Shown: positions 18,779 through 28,055 of the stretch, in pieces | How the letters are laid out: the number at the start of each line of letters is the position of its first letter | How positions within the stretch are numbered: position 1 is the first letter of the stretch | NCBI GenBank assembly: GCA_017501465.1 | Contig: JAFVWY010000015.1 | Location: 107,422 to 171,421 of the forward strand | DNA from: Bacilli bacterium | GTDB lineage: Bacteria > Bacillota_I > Bacilli_A > ML615J-28 > CAG-313 | Direction of reading: 5' to 3' | Length of the DNA: 64,000 nt | Position numbers and translations under genes: made by a program | Notes under the pieces: model-generated | Told to the model about the DNA's origin: nothing | The model's input: the letters and a program-made list of their open reading frames with translations, nothing else | Database searches by the model: none

Positions 18779-20428
18779 ATGGCAAAAGAAAAACAATCAC
18801 ATTACATACAAACCCAAAGAGACTTAACTTTTTATTATGAAATCCTAGGTATTCTATGTATTGTAATTCCAATATTAGGTTTTGCAAGATTAGGTACTGT
18901 TGGATTTTATATTATGTTAATATTTAAAATTATTTTTGGAGATTGGTATTTTTTGTTCTTACTTACCATTTTAGTTTATGGATTAAGATGTTTGATTTAT
19001 CATAAGCCAATGGATTTGAAAAGAATGAGAGTAATTGGAATAGTTTTAATATTATTAGGTATTATGATGCTTTCACATTTTCCGATGCACAAATATATTG
19101 TTAGTTTTGATGTAAATGGCGAAGGAGGTTATTTTGGAAAGACCATTGCGTTATATTTAGACTATTTTAAAAATTATTATGATGGTATGGTCGTTGGTGG
19201 GGGAATTATCGGAACTTGTTTTTTTTATATGTTTCATTCTCTATTATCAAGTATTGGTACCAGCTTTATGATTATTGTTTTTATCTTCGTTGGTTTAGTT
19301 TTTGTCACGGAGAAAACAATAAATGAATTTTTATCAATTATTTTTACAAGATTTCAATGGCTATATAATTTTTTTAAGAAAAAGTTTAAAAGTTTTAAGT
19401 ATGAAATTAAAGTTACTCCGTCTAGAAATAATAGAAAGAAGATTAAAATAACCAGTTTAAAAGAACCTGAACTAATTAAATTTGAGTCGTTTGAAATGAA
19501 AACTGCGAATGAATTTAAAGAACAACTAAAAATTATCTTAAATAAAATGAACGTTTTTTTTGGTGATATTCTAATAACAGTAGGATACAATGTCACTACT
19601 TTTATGATTGAATCTTCATCATTCATCGATATGTCTAATTTAAACTCTAAACTAAAACAAGTTACTGATCGTATTTTTGTTATCAAAAAAGATGTTTCAA
19701 CAAATAAAATTATCATCGAGGTTAGAAATGTTTATGAAAGTATGTTAGAAATAAAGACAGTTTTATTAAGCCAAAATAACTATGAAAATGATTTTATTAT
19801 GCCTATTGGGTTGACGTCTTTAAAACTTTTAAAAGAAATAGATTTAAGTAAACATCCTAATATTATTATTGAAGATTCTGAACATTATTCAGATAGATTT
19901 ATCTATGCATTGATTACAATGCTTTATGTAAAAAATAAAGTTAAAGATTTTAAAGTTAGTGTATTTAGAAAAGACTTTTTAATAAAAAAAGTGATTAAAG
20001 AATTCGATATTGATAAATTAGTAGAAGATGGAAATGAAGTATTAAAGAAATTAAATATGTTTAATGCTTTAAATATTGATGAGTATAATCAAAAAGATAG
20101 TAAAGAACATTTAAAACATCATTTATTAATATTTTATGATGATTTAATTAACAATAGTTCATATACAGATAAGTTAGTATTTCTACTACAAGTTGCAGCA
20201 AAAATTGGATATTATATTGTATTTGTGACGAAAAATGTGAAACATATTGATGTTATCTTTGATAATTATTTTGATACTCAATTGTATTTTAAAGATTCAA
20301 GTAGTTTGGAAGTTTCTAAATATCTAGGAAATTATGAAAGTTTCTTAACTATAAAAGGAGAAATTGAAAGATTAACGCCTGTCATGATCAATGAGGATGA
20401 AATTGAATCATTTAAAGATTGTTATTAA
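18779..20428 (+). CDS. FtsK/SpoIIIE-like membrane protein with degenerate nucleotide-binding motifs
   Basis: N-terminal 4-5 TM block resembling FtsK_4TM. The C-terminal part is collinear with the FtsK alpha/beta motor, but the P-loop position reads EDSEHYSDR (19871-19897) and the Walker B position reads LLIFYDDL. No gamma domain. Confidence 0.65.
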   Translation: MAKEKQSHYIQTQRDLTFYYEILGILCIVIPILGFARLGTVGFYIMLIFKIIFGDWYFLFLLTILVYGLRCLIYHKPMDLKRMRVIGIVLILLGIMMLSHFPMHKYIVSFDVNGEGGYFGKTIALYLDYFKNYYDGMVVGGGIIGTCFFYMFHSLLSSIGTSFMIIVFIFVGLVFVTEKTINEFLSIIFTRFQWLYNFFKKKFKSFKYEIKVTPSRNNRKKIKITSLKEPELIKFESFEMKTANEFKEQLKIILNKMNVFFGDILITVGYNVTTFMIESSSFIDMSNLNSKLKQVTDRIFVIKKDVSTNKIIIEVRNVYESMLEIKTVLLSQNNYENDFIMPIGLTSLKLLKEIDLSKHPNIIIEDSEHYSDRFIYALITMLYVKNKVKDFKVSVFRKDFLIKKVIKEFDIDKLVEDGNEVLKKLNMFNALNIDEYNQKDSKEHLKHHLLIFYDDLINNSSYTDKLVFLLQVAAKIGYYIVFVTKNVKHIDVIFDNYFDTQLYFKDSSSLEVSKYLGNYESFLTIKGEIERLTPVMINEDEIESFKDCY

Positions 20429-20463
20429 AAAAAGGTAAATAGCAAAACTATTTACCTTTTTTC
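20427..20463. terminator. Bidirectional terminator between convergent genes
   Basis: aaaggtaaata / tatttaccttt 11-bp stem with a 7-nt loop. The right arm overlaps the last rarA codons. Confidence 0.7.
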
Positions 20464-21683
20464 CATTCTTGAATTTGATTATATCTTTCTTTAAATGCTG
20501 CTTCTACTTTAGAAGAGTTTTTAGGTTCATAATAAGTTCTACCTACTAAAGAATCAGGTAGGTATTGTTGTTTGACCCATGCATTAGGATAATCATGAGG
20601 ATATTTATATGGAGTTTGTTTAGGATCAAATGAATTTAAGTTTTTTAAGTGAAGAGGAAGTGGTCCACTTAACCCTTTTTCAATATCATCCATGGCTTTT
20701 TGAAGAGCTAAATATGCTGAGTTTGATTTTGGACTTAAAGCCATTTCAATAACGATAGTCGCTAAAGGTAATCTAGCTTCTGGATTGCCTAATTCTCTAG
20801 CTGCATCACATGCGGCTTTTACTTTAGGGCCAATGCTAGGATTAGCAAGACTAATATCTTCATACGCAATACAAAGTAATCTTCGACATAAACTTTGTAA
20901 ATCATCTGCAAGTATTAGTTTTGCAAGGTAATGTAATGCCGCATCGACATCACTACCTCTAATTGATTTGTGTAGACCACTCAATGTATCATAATAATTA
21001 TCTTGATTTTTATCAAAATTAATGTTGGCTTTTTGAATTGTTTGTTCAGCAATTTCTAGAGTAATTTCTTCATTTTCATTAACAAATGCTAAAGTTTCAA
21101 TATTGTTAATTAGACTTCTAATTTCTAAACCGGAGATATTGATAATATATTCTTTAACTTTTTCATCTTTGATTTTGATGTTTAAATGATCACATGCTCT
21201 ATTTAAGATAATCTCTAAATCTTTATGTGACAAATCATTAAGTTTATAGATGTGACAACGTGATCTAATAGCTGGATTAACTGCGTGATATGGGTTGACT
21301 GTAGTTAAACCAATCATAATTAGTGTGCCATTTTCAACATATGGTAGTAAAAAGTCTTGAATATCTTTTTTCATTCGATGAATTTCATCTATAACAATAA
21401 TGGTTTGTTCATTAAAACGAGCATCATTAACTATTTGTTTTAAGGCATCTTTATTATCAGTTGATGCGTTAAATCGATGATTTGGGATATTAGACATCGC
21501 ACAAGTAGCCTCAGCAATAGTTGTTTTTCCACAACCTGGCTCACCATATAATATAAAAGAAAAAATATGATTGTTGTTAATCATTTTCCGTAAAACGCCA
21601 TTTTTACCAACTAAATGATCTTGGCCGACGATTTGATCATAGTGATTAGGTCTCATACTAAAAGCTAATGGTTTCATAATCAT
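20448..21683 (-). CDS. rarA: Replication-associated recombination protein A (AAA+ ATPase)
   Basis: Walker A GEPGCGKTT, Walker B VIDEIHR, and an MgsA C-terminal domain. 411 aa. Confidence 0.9.
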   Translation of the reverse strand: MIMKPLAFSMRPNHYDQIVGQDHLVGKNGVLRKMINNNHIFSFILYGEPGCGKTTIAEATCAMSNIPNHRFNASTDNKDALKQIVNDARFNEQTIIVIDEIHRMKKDIQDFLLPYVENGTLIMIGLTTVNPYHAVNPAIRSRCHIYKLNDLSHKDLEIILNRACDHLNIKIKDEKVKEYIINISGLEIRSLINNIETLAFVNENEEITLEIAEQTIQKANINFDKNQDNYYDTLSGLHKSIRGSDVDAALHYLAKLILADDLQSLCRRLLCIAYEDISLANPSIGPKVKAACDAARELGNPEARLPLATIVIEMALSPKSNSAYLALQKAMDDIEKGLSGPLPLHLKNLNSFDPKQTPYKYPHDYPNAWVKQQYLPDSLVGRTYYEPKNSSKVEAAFKERYNQIQEWKKGK

Positions 21684-21742
21684 TCTCCTTTTTACATATT
21701 ATATCATTATTGACTAATTTTTGCAAATAACTGTATATGGAT

Positions 21743-21790
21743 ATTTTCACTATAAATTCATAAATATTTATCTACATTTTCACTCATAAA
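21743..21790 (+). promoter_or_regulatory. Direct repeat ATTTTCACT(C)ATAAA x2 upstream of the response-regulator gene
   Basis: Copies at 21743-21756 and 21776-21790, 33 bp apart. The second copy abuts the -35 position of a TGaTATAAT extended -10 (21802-21810). Confidence 0.3.
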
Positions 21791-21833
21791 ATATCTAAAT
21801 ATGATATAATAAGAATATAAAGGAGGATTCTCT

Positions 21834-22520
21834 ATGGATAAAATATTAATTGTTGATGATGAACAAAATATTAGAGAACTTATAAAAAAATACGCTCAAT
21901 TTGAAAATTATATAGTAGATGAAGCTACTAATGGATTAGAGGCAATACAAAAAGCTAAAGAAAATCATTATGATTTAATCATTATGGATGTGATGATGCC
22001 TGAATTAGATGGTTTTTCTGCAATAAAAGAAATTAAAAAAGAATTTGATATTCCTGCAATTGTTTTATCTGCAAGAGGAGAAGAATATGATAAATTACAT
22101 GGTTTTGATTTGGGAATTGATGATTATGTAGTAAAACCATTTTCTCCAAAGGAATTGATTATGAGAGTTAATGCAGTGTTACATCGATATCGCTCAACAA
22201 TATCCGAAAAAGAAAATACTAATATTTGGCGCTATGGTGATTTAGTAATTGATGATAACGCTAGAATTGTAAAAATTAATAATGAGCGAATTGATATGAC
22301 ACCAAAAGAATATAATTTATTAATGTATTTAATTAACAATGAGAATAAGGCTGTCACAAGAGAACAAATTTTATCACAAATATGGGGTTATGATTTCTTC
22401 GGTGATGATAGAACTTTAGATACACATATGAAACTTCTTCGAAAAAAATTAGGCGACTACGGACAATGTATAGTTACATTGCGTGGAATTGGATATCGTT
22501 TTGAGAAAACCAAATTATAG
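21834..22520 (+). CDS. OmpR-family response regulator
   Basis: Receiver motifs DDE, IIMDVMMPELDG and VVKPF. Winged-helix C-terminus (TLRGIGYRF). Confidence 0.9.
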   Translation: MDKILIVDDEQNIRELIKKYAQFENYIVDEATNGLEAIQKAKENHYDLIIMDVMMPELDGFSAIKEIKKEFDIPAIVLSARGEEYDKLHGFDLGIDDYVVKPFSPKELIMRVNAVLHRYRSTISEKENTNIWRYGDLVIDDNARIVKINNERIDMTPKEYNLLMYLINNENKAVTREQILSQIWGYDFFGDDRTLDTHMKLLRKKLGDYGQCIVTLRGIGYRFEKTKL

Positions 22521-23901
22521 TTTACGATTTAAAATATTAATCTTTTTCGTTTTCTTTGGATTAATATTATATTTAGTTTTTTGGTTCTCAATGCAGTTGT
22601 CTATAACTGTTTTTTACAGAACTGCCAAAATTAGAAAAGCAAATGAGCTACGAACAGAATTAACTACTATTGTAGAGGATTTAGATGTCTCTCAAAGAGG
22701 TAATTTCTACATTTATGAAGAAGTTTTTAGAGAAAAAATAAAAAATGCTGAAGCAGATGCAATGGTGCTTTATTACGATCATAGATATGATGAACTCTTA
22801 ATGGGTTATTCGAATATTTATGTAATGGAATTGCCAGATTATTGTTTGGATATTTGGGAAAATTATAGTACTAAACAAGGAGAATTTAAAATTAAGGATT
22901 CGAATACTTATATAGTTGGACAAACGTGCACCGATGCCTCAGATAGAACAGTGGTTTTATTTGTTAAAGCTGAATTTGAACCTTTTGCTGCAACACAAGA
23001 TGTTTTCGCTAATCAGTTTTTATTCTTATCAGCAGTTATTATTTTAATGGCTATAATATTTGTATGTATTATTCAATTTCAAGTAGTTAAACCAATCACA
23101 TCTTTAACGAATTCTGCTAAAAGCTTAGCAAAAGGAAAATTTGATACGGTATTTGATGCAGAAGGGTTTGAAGAAATTGAAGAGTTGGCAGATACTTTGA
23201 ATTATGCTGCTACAGAATTAAGTAAATTAGACGATTATCAAAAAGATTTAATGACTAATGTATCTCATGATTTAAGAACACCATTAACTTTAATTTCTGG
23301 TTACAGTGAGATGATGAGGGATTATCCTAGCGAAAGAACAGAAGCTAATTTACAAATTATCATTGATGAATCTAAACGTTTAACGGGTCTAGTAAATGAT
23401 ATTTTATCTTTAACTAAGATGGATATGGATACTGAAAATTGGGTAATGGAAAGTTATAATTTAACAGAAAATATTAAAGAGATTGTGTATCGTATCGAAA
23501 AAATGGTTGAAGGTTCAGATATTAAAATTACATTTAATTACGATTGTCAAGTTAATATTGTTGCTAATTTAGATCAAATTAATAAAGTAATTTACAATTA
23601 TATAAGTAATGCTATTAACTATATTGGTGAAGATAAGCAGGTAATAATAAATCAAACTGTTCAAAACGGTTTTGTTACTATTTCGGTTATTGATCATGGA
23701 GTTGGAATTCCTAAGGATGAAATTCCTAATGTATGGCAAAGATATTATAAAGCTAAGAATCATATTCGTGCATCTGTTGGTTCTGGATTAGGACTGTCAA
23801 TTGTTCGAGGAGTTTTAAACAAACATGGTTTTGAATATGGAGTAAATAGTGAAGAGGGAGTAGGAAGTGAATTTTGGTTTAAAGCAAGTATTGATAAATA
23901 A
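22483..23901 (+). CDS. Sensor histidine kinase (two TM helices, extracytoplasmic sensor, HAMP, HisKA, HATPase_c)
   Basis: H-box SHDLRTPL, N-box NAINY, and G-boxes DHGVGI and GSGLGLSIV. The start is uncertain: GTG 22483 or TTG 22501, with no ATG before TM1. Confidence 0.85.
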   Translation: MELDIVLRKPNYSLRFKILIFFVFFGLILYLVFWFSMQLSITVFYRTAKIRKANELRTELTTIVEDLDVSQRGNFYIYEEVFREKIKNAEADAMVLYYDHRYDELLMGYSNIYVMELPDYCLDIWENYSTKQGEFKIKDSNTYIVGQTCTDASDRTVVLFVKAEFEPFAATQDVFANQFLFLSAVIILMAIIFVCIIQFQVVKPITSLTNSAKSLAKGKFDTVFDAEGFEEIEELADTLNYAATELSKLDDYQKDLMTNVSHDLRTPLTLISGYSEMMRDYPSERTEANLQIIIDESKRLTGLVNDILSLTKMDMDTENWVMESYNLTENIKEIVYRIEKMVEGSDIKITFNYDCQVNIVANLDQINKVIYNYISNAINYIGEDKQVIINQTVQNGFVTISVIDHGVGIPKDEIPNVWQRYYKAKNHIRASVGSGLGLSIVRGVLNKHGFEYGVNSEEGVGSEFWFKASIDK

Positions 23902-23951
23902 AAATTATCAACTACTTATCATAAATAGTTCACATAAATTTAATATTGGAA

Positions 23952-24077
23952 TGTTATAATGTAAGTGCATCAAGTGGTGAAGGATGCTTTTACAAGGCAC
24001 CAACATTCCCTCTATTTCCAAAAATTAACTATTCTTTTAAAAAAAACAGGTGCCTTGTAATCTAAATGGAGGGTTTA
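23952..24077 (+). promoter_or_regulatory. Extended -10 promoter plus structured 5' leader of the htrA-like gene
   Basis: TGtTATAAT at 23952-23960. Perfect 12-bp long-range stem, ttacaaggcacc (23990-24001) with ggtgccttgtaa (24049-24060), enclosing a 47-nt A/U-rich loop. The loop contains CCCTC (24008-24012), complementary to the GAGGG of the RBS. Confidence 0.3.
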
Positions 24078-25337
24078 ATGGAAAGACGAAAGAATTACAC
24101 ATTACAATTAATAATAGGTTTATCAACATTAGTTATTGCTTTTTGCTTTATAGTTGGTATTATTGTAAGAGTTAACAATCCTAGTAATGAATATGATGTA
24201 AAAAATGAAATAACTAATACTATTGTTAATTATGATGAGTTAAATATAAATGATGTTTCAGAAGCGATTGAAGTTGCAGTTAAGAAAGTCGAAAATGCGG
24301 TAATAGGAGTTACTGCTAAATCTGTAACTGTAAGTGGAACTGGTATTTTTAAGACTGAAACAGAAGATGGATATGGAACTGGAAGCGGTGTTATCTATAA
24401 AAGAGTTCCTATTTATGAAGGGGACACTTTAGTTAATTATCGATATTATGTAGTAACTAATAAGCATGTAGTAACACTAGATGAAGCGGATAAAACAAAA
24501 TTTAATAGATTAAATATTTATGCTTACTTAGGTGAAGAAGACATTGAAATTAAAGCCAATATCGTAGGTTATGATTCTAAAGTAGATATAGCACTAATTA
24601 CATTTGAATCTAGTAAATATATTGAACCTGTAGAATTTGCTGATAGTAGTAAAATTGATAAGGGAAGTATTGCAATAGCAATAGGTAATCCTGGTGGATA
24701 TAATTACTATGGATCAGTTACTTTTGGTGTAGTATCCGCAAGAAGTCGCTATATTTCAACTGATACTGATGGAGATCATACTGATGATTTTTATGCAGAA
24801 TATATCCAACATGATGTTGCTATCAACCCTGGAAATTCAGGTGGTGGTTTATTTAATATAAAAGGACAATTAATAGGTATTAATACCCTTAAGATTGTTC
24901 AATCTACAGTAGATGGTATGGGTTTTTCAATACCTTCTAATGTTGTATTTAATCTATTGACTGAATATATTGAACCTGGGATTGAAATTGTTAGACCAAG
25001 ACTTGGTGTTTTAGGTAGTGAAATAAGATCCTTAACTGATACGGTAATTCAAAATAGTCCAGACATTATAGGTATTCCTGACATTTATAATGGGGAACAA
25101 CCATATGGTATTTATGTAGTTGAAGTATATGAAGGAACTACTATTGCTCAAACGGATATAGGTAAAGATGATATTATTTTATCAATTAATGATATTAAAC
25201 TAACTAGAATGTATATTATTAACTCTAAGTTTAACTCGCTAATTGAAGGCTTTCAAGTGGGTGAAACTATTAGTATTACATACTATGATAGAAGTTCTAA
25301 TACTATTAAAATTGTAGATGTAATTTTACAACCATAA
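24078..25337 (+). CDS. HtrA/DegP-family trypsin-like serine protease with PDZ domain
   Basis: Triad contexts TNKHV, DIALI and GNSGGGL. N-terminal TM anchor and C-terminal PDZ domain. Start is either ATG 24078 (GGAGGG RBS) or the in-frame ATG 24066. Confidence 0.85.
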   Translation: MERRKNYTLQLIIGLSTLVIAFCFIVGIIVRVNNPSNEYDVKNEITNTIVNYDELNINDVSEAIEVAVKKVENAVIGVTAKSVTVSGTGIFKTETEDGYGTGSGVIYKRVPIYEGDTLVNYRYYVVTNKHVVTLDEADKTKFNRLNIYAYLGEEDIEIKANIVGYDSKVDIALITFESSKYIEPVEFADSSKIDKGSIAIAIGNPGGYNYYGSVTFGVVSARSRYISTDTDGDHTDDFYAEYIQHDVAINPGNSGGGLFNIKGQLIGINTLKIVQSTVDGMGFSIPSNVVFNLLTEYIEPGIEIVRPRLGVLGSEIRSLTDTVIQNSPDIIGIPDIYNGEQPYGIYVVEVYEGTTIAQTDIGKDDIILSINDIKLTRMYIINSKFNSLIEGFQVGETISITYYDRSSNTIKIVDVILQP

Positions 25338-25361
25338 AAAGAGCTTAAATGCTCTTTTTTT
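25336..25361 (+). terminator. Rho-independent terminator
   Basis: aaaaagagc / gctcttttt stem followed by a T-run. Confidence 0.65.
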
Positions 25362-25423
25362 CATTTTTAATGTGAAAAAATTAAATATATGATATAATTA
25401 ATAAAAATGAAAGGAAGTGTATT

Positions 25424-26980
25424 ATGTTTTTAAAAGTAACTAATTTATCTATGACATACGATAAGAAAACATTATATGATAATGCTTCTTTTTCAATTAA
25501 TCGTGGCGAAAAAGTAGGTATTGTTGGTGCAAATGGTACTGGCAAAACCACTTTAATTGGAATTCTAAACGGTGATATTATACCTGATAGTGGTAGTATT
25601 GAGTTTGATAAAAAAATCAAAGTTGGTTTTTTAGATCAATATTTAAGAATTGACAAAAATTTAACTATCAAGGAATATTTACATAAGGCATTTGATGAAT
25701 TAAATCAAGTAAATCAAAAATCAATTGAAATCCAAGAAAAGATTATTAAAACTACTAATCCTGATGAACTAGATAGATTAGTCAATACTTTATCTATTTT
25801 ACAAGAAAGATTAGAAGATGGTGAGTTTTATCAAAATGATTCTAAAATAATGAGAATTGCTAGTGGGTTAGGAATCACGAAATATGGAATGGATACCTTA
25901 ATGGGTAAACTATCCGGTGGACAAAAGATTAAAATAATTTTAGCAAAACTATTATTAGAACAACCTAATCTTTTGGTGCTTGATGAACCTACTAACTTTT
26001 TAGATGTTTCGCATGTAGATTGGCTAATTAAATATTTGAAAGAATATAAAGGTACTGTCTTGATGGTTTCTCACAATCAAGAATTTTTAAATGAAGTGGC
26101 AACTTCTATTTTAGATGTTGAATTTGGCAAACTTACTAAATATAAAGGTAATTATCAACAATTCGAGATTAAAAAAGCTTTTGCTATTGAAAACCATGAA
26201 AAGAAAGTACAAGCTAATATCAAAGAACGCAAAGAATTACAAGAATATATTGATAAAAATAGAACGAAGACTTCAACTGCTAGACAAGCTCAAAGTAGAC
26301 AAAAGAAATTGGATAAAATGGAAAATCTACAAAGCTTATCGGTTAATCATAAGAAGTTACATTTAACTTTTAACTATCAAAGCATCTCATCTCATAAGTT
26401 TTTAGAAGTTAAGGATTTAGAAATAGGTTATTATTTTTCCCTACTGCCACCTATTAATTTTCAAATTAAAAGTGGAACCAAACTTGCCATTACTGGTTTT
26501 AATGGTATTGGTAAAACTACTCTATTAAAAACTTTAATTGGTGAACTTCATCCAATTAAAGGTTGGTTTAAGTTTGTAGATGATGCTAAAATTGCATACT
26601 TTTCACAAGAACATGAATGGGAAGATGATACATTAACGCCATATCAAGTTATTTCCAATTTATATCCAGATAAAGATGCAAAGTGGATACGATCAGAACT
26701 TGCTAAAGCTGCATTGACAGGTAATCAAACACTCCAACCAATTAAAACTTTAAGTGGTGGTGAACAATCTAAATTAAAACTTGCTATCGTGATGTTGCAA
26801 AGAGCAAATGTTTTAATTTTAGATGAACCAACTAACCATTTAGATCACGAAGCTAAAGATTCATTATTAGAATTATTAAAGAAATATCCTGGTACTGTTA
26901 TATTTGTTTCACATGAACGATCATTTTTAAATGAACTAGCAACACAAATATTTAGTATCGAAGATTTATTAATTTCGTAA
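25424..26980 (+). CDS. ABC-F family ATPase (two ABC cassettes, no TM domain)
   Basis: Cassette 1 has GANGTGKTT, LSGGQKIK and LVLDEPTN. Cassette 2 has GFNGIGKTT, LSGGEQSK and LILDEPTN. A charged linker joins them. 518 aa. Confidence 0.9.
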   Translation: MFLKVTNLSMTYDKKTLYDNASFSINRGEKVGIVGANGTGKTTLIGILNGDIIPDSGSIEFDKKIKVGFLDQYLRIDKNLTIKEYLHKAFDELNQVNQKSIEIQEKIIKTTNPDELDRLVNTLSILQERLEDGEFYQNDSKIMRIASGLGITKYGMDTLMGKLSGGQKIKIILAKLLLEQPNLLVLDEPTNFLDVSHVDWLIKYLKEYKGTVLMVSHNQEFLNEVATSILDVEFGKLTKYKGNYQQFEIKKAFAIENHEKKVQANIKERKELQEYIDKNRTKTSTARQAQSRQKKLDKMENLQSLSVNHKKLHLTFNYQSISSHKFLEVKDLEIGYYFSLLPPINFQIKSGTKLAITGFNGIGKTTLLKTLIGELHPIKGWFKFVDDAKIAYFSQEHEWEDDTLTPYQVISNLYPDKDAKWIRSELAKAALTGNQTLQPIKTLSGGEQSKLKLAIVMLQRANVLILDEPTNHLDHEAKDSLLELLKKYPGTVIFVSHERSFLNELATQIFSIEDLLIS

Positions 26981-26990
26981 GAGGTACATT

Positions 26991-27467
26991 ATGATTCATT
27001 TATTAGTAGGAATTCCAGGTAGTGGTAAATCTACATATGCTAAAGAATTAAAAATAGAATTAAATTGTGACGTTATTTCTACAGATACAGTAAGAAATGA
27101 ACATCCTGAATGGATAGAACCAATGATATGGGTAGAAGTATATAAAAGAAGTGCTGAAGCGTTAAAAAATAATGTTGATGTTATTTTTGATGCAACAAAT
27201 GCGACAGAAAAAGTGCGTAAAAGATTTGTTGATGAGGTTTCAAAGTATGATGTTGAAGTAAAAATGGGTGCATATTTTTTTGATACCCCTTGGGAAGAAT
27301 GTACTAATAGAGTAATTAAGCGCAATACGATGCCTAATGAACGTTATTTGCCACCTGAAGTAGTTGAATCATATGGTAAAAGCATCACAAAACCAAAAAT
27401 AAGTGAAGGTTTTTCATTTGTGAAAGTTATTAGAAATGGAATTATTGAAGAGGAAATTTATGAATAA
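26991..27467 (+). CDS. P-loop kinase-like ATP-binding protein (AAA_33 / polynucleotide-kinase-like)
   Basis: Walker A GIPGSGKST within the first 15 residues. 158 aa. Confidence 0.7.
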   Translation: MIHLLVGIPGSGKSTYAKELKIELNCDVISTDTVRNEHPEWIEPMIWVEVYKRSAEALKNNVDVIFDATNATEKVRKRFVDEVSKYDVEVKMGAYFFDTPWEECTNRVIKRNTMPNERYLPPEVVESYGKSITKPKISEGFSFVKVIRNGIIEEEIYE

Positions 27468-27969
27468 GTTTAAAGATATCTTACCTAAAGAATTAGCAAT
27501 GGATCCATTTGATGGTTTTAGAAATTGGGCTATGATTACTGCTGAGGTTGATGGAGTTCATAATTCCATGATAATTGGCTGGGGTGGTTTAGGCGTTCTG
27601 TGGCGTAAGGATGTAGCAACTGTTTATGTTAGAGAAAATAGATACACTTATGAATTTATTGAAAAAGCTGATAAATTTACTATCTCTTTTTATGATGAAA
27701 AATATAAAGAACAGTTAAAAGTATATGGCACAAAAAGTGGGAAAGACATTGATAAAGATTTTGTTACTAACTTTCATCCTATAAAAATTAATGATGCAGT
27801 CACTTATGAAGAGGCTCATACGACAATTGTTTGTAAGAAAATCTATCAGGCAAAACTTGAACCACAGTTTTATTTAAATGATGTGGCTGATCAATTTTAT
27901 GGTATAAATAATGATTTGACAAGACATCATATGTATATAGGAGAAATTGAACGAATAGTTAAAAAGTAA
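27460..27969 (+). CDS. Flavin reductase-like domain protein
   Basis: Start moved to ATG 27460, which overlaps the upstream stop. The WAMITAEVDGVHNSMIIGWGG block is typical of the Flavin_Reduct fold. Confidence 0.65.
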   Translation: MNKFKDILPKELAMDPFDGFRNWAMITAEVDGVHNSMIIGWGGLGVLWRKDVATVYVRENRYTYEFIEKADKFTISFYDEKYKEQLKVYGTKSGKDIDKDFVTNFHPIKINDAVTYEEAHTTIVCKKIYQAKLEPQFYLNDVADQFYGINNDLTRHHMYIGEIERIVKK

Positions 27970-28055
27970 ATTTTTTATTAATACTCTTGTTATTTAGTGA
28001 ACTTTGTGGTATAATATTAACGTTATAAGTATAGATACTAAATATGGAGGCCAAT

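Noticed and set aside
23908-24006. 32-codon minus-strand ORF in the htrA leader, preceded by GAGGGA.
   Set aside because: The SD-like sequence abuts the ATG with no spacer. The ORF runs antisense through the promoter and would terminate at the kinase gene end. The product has no features.
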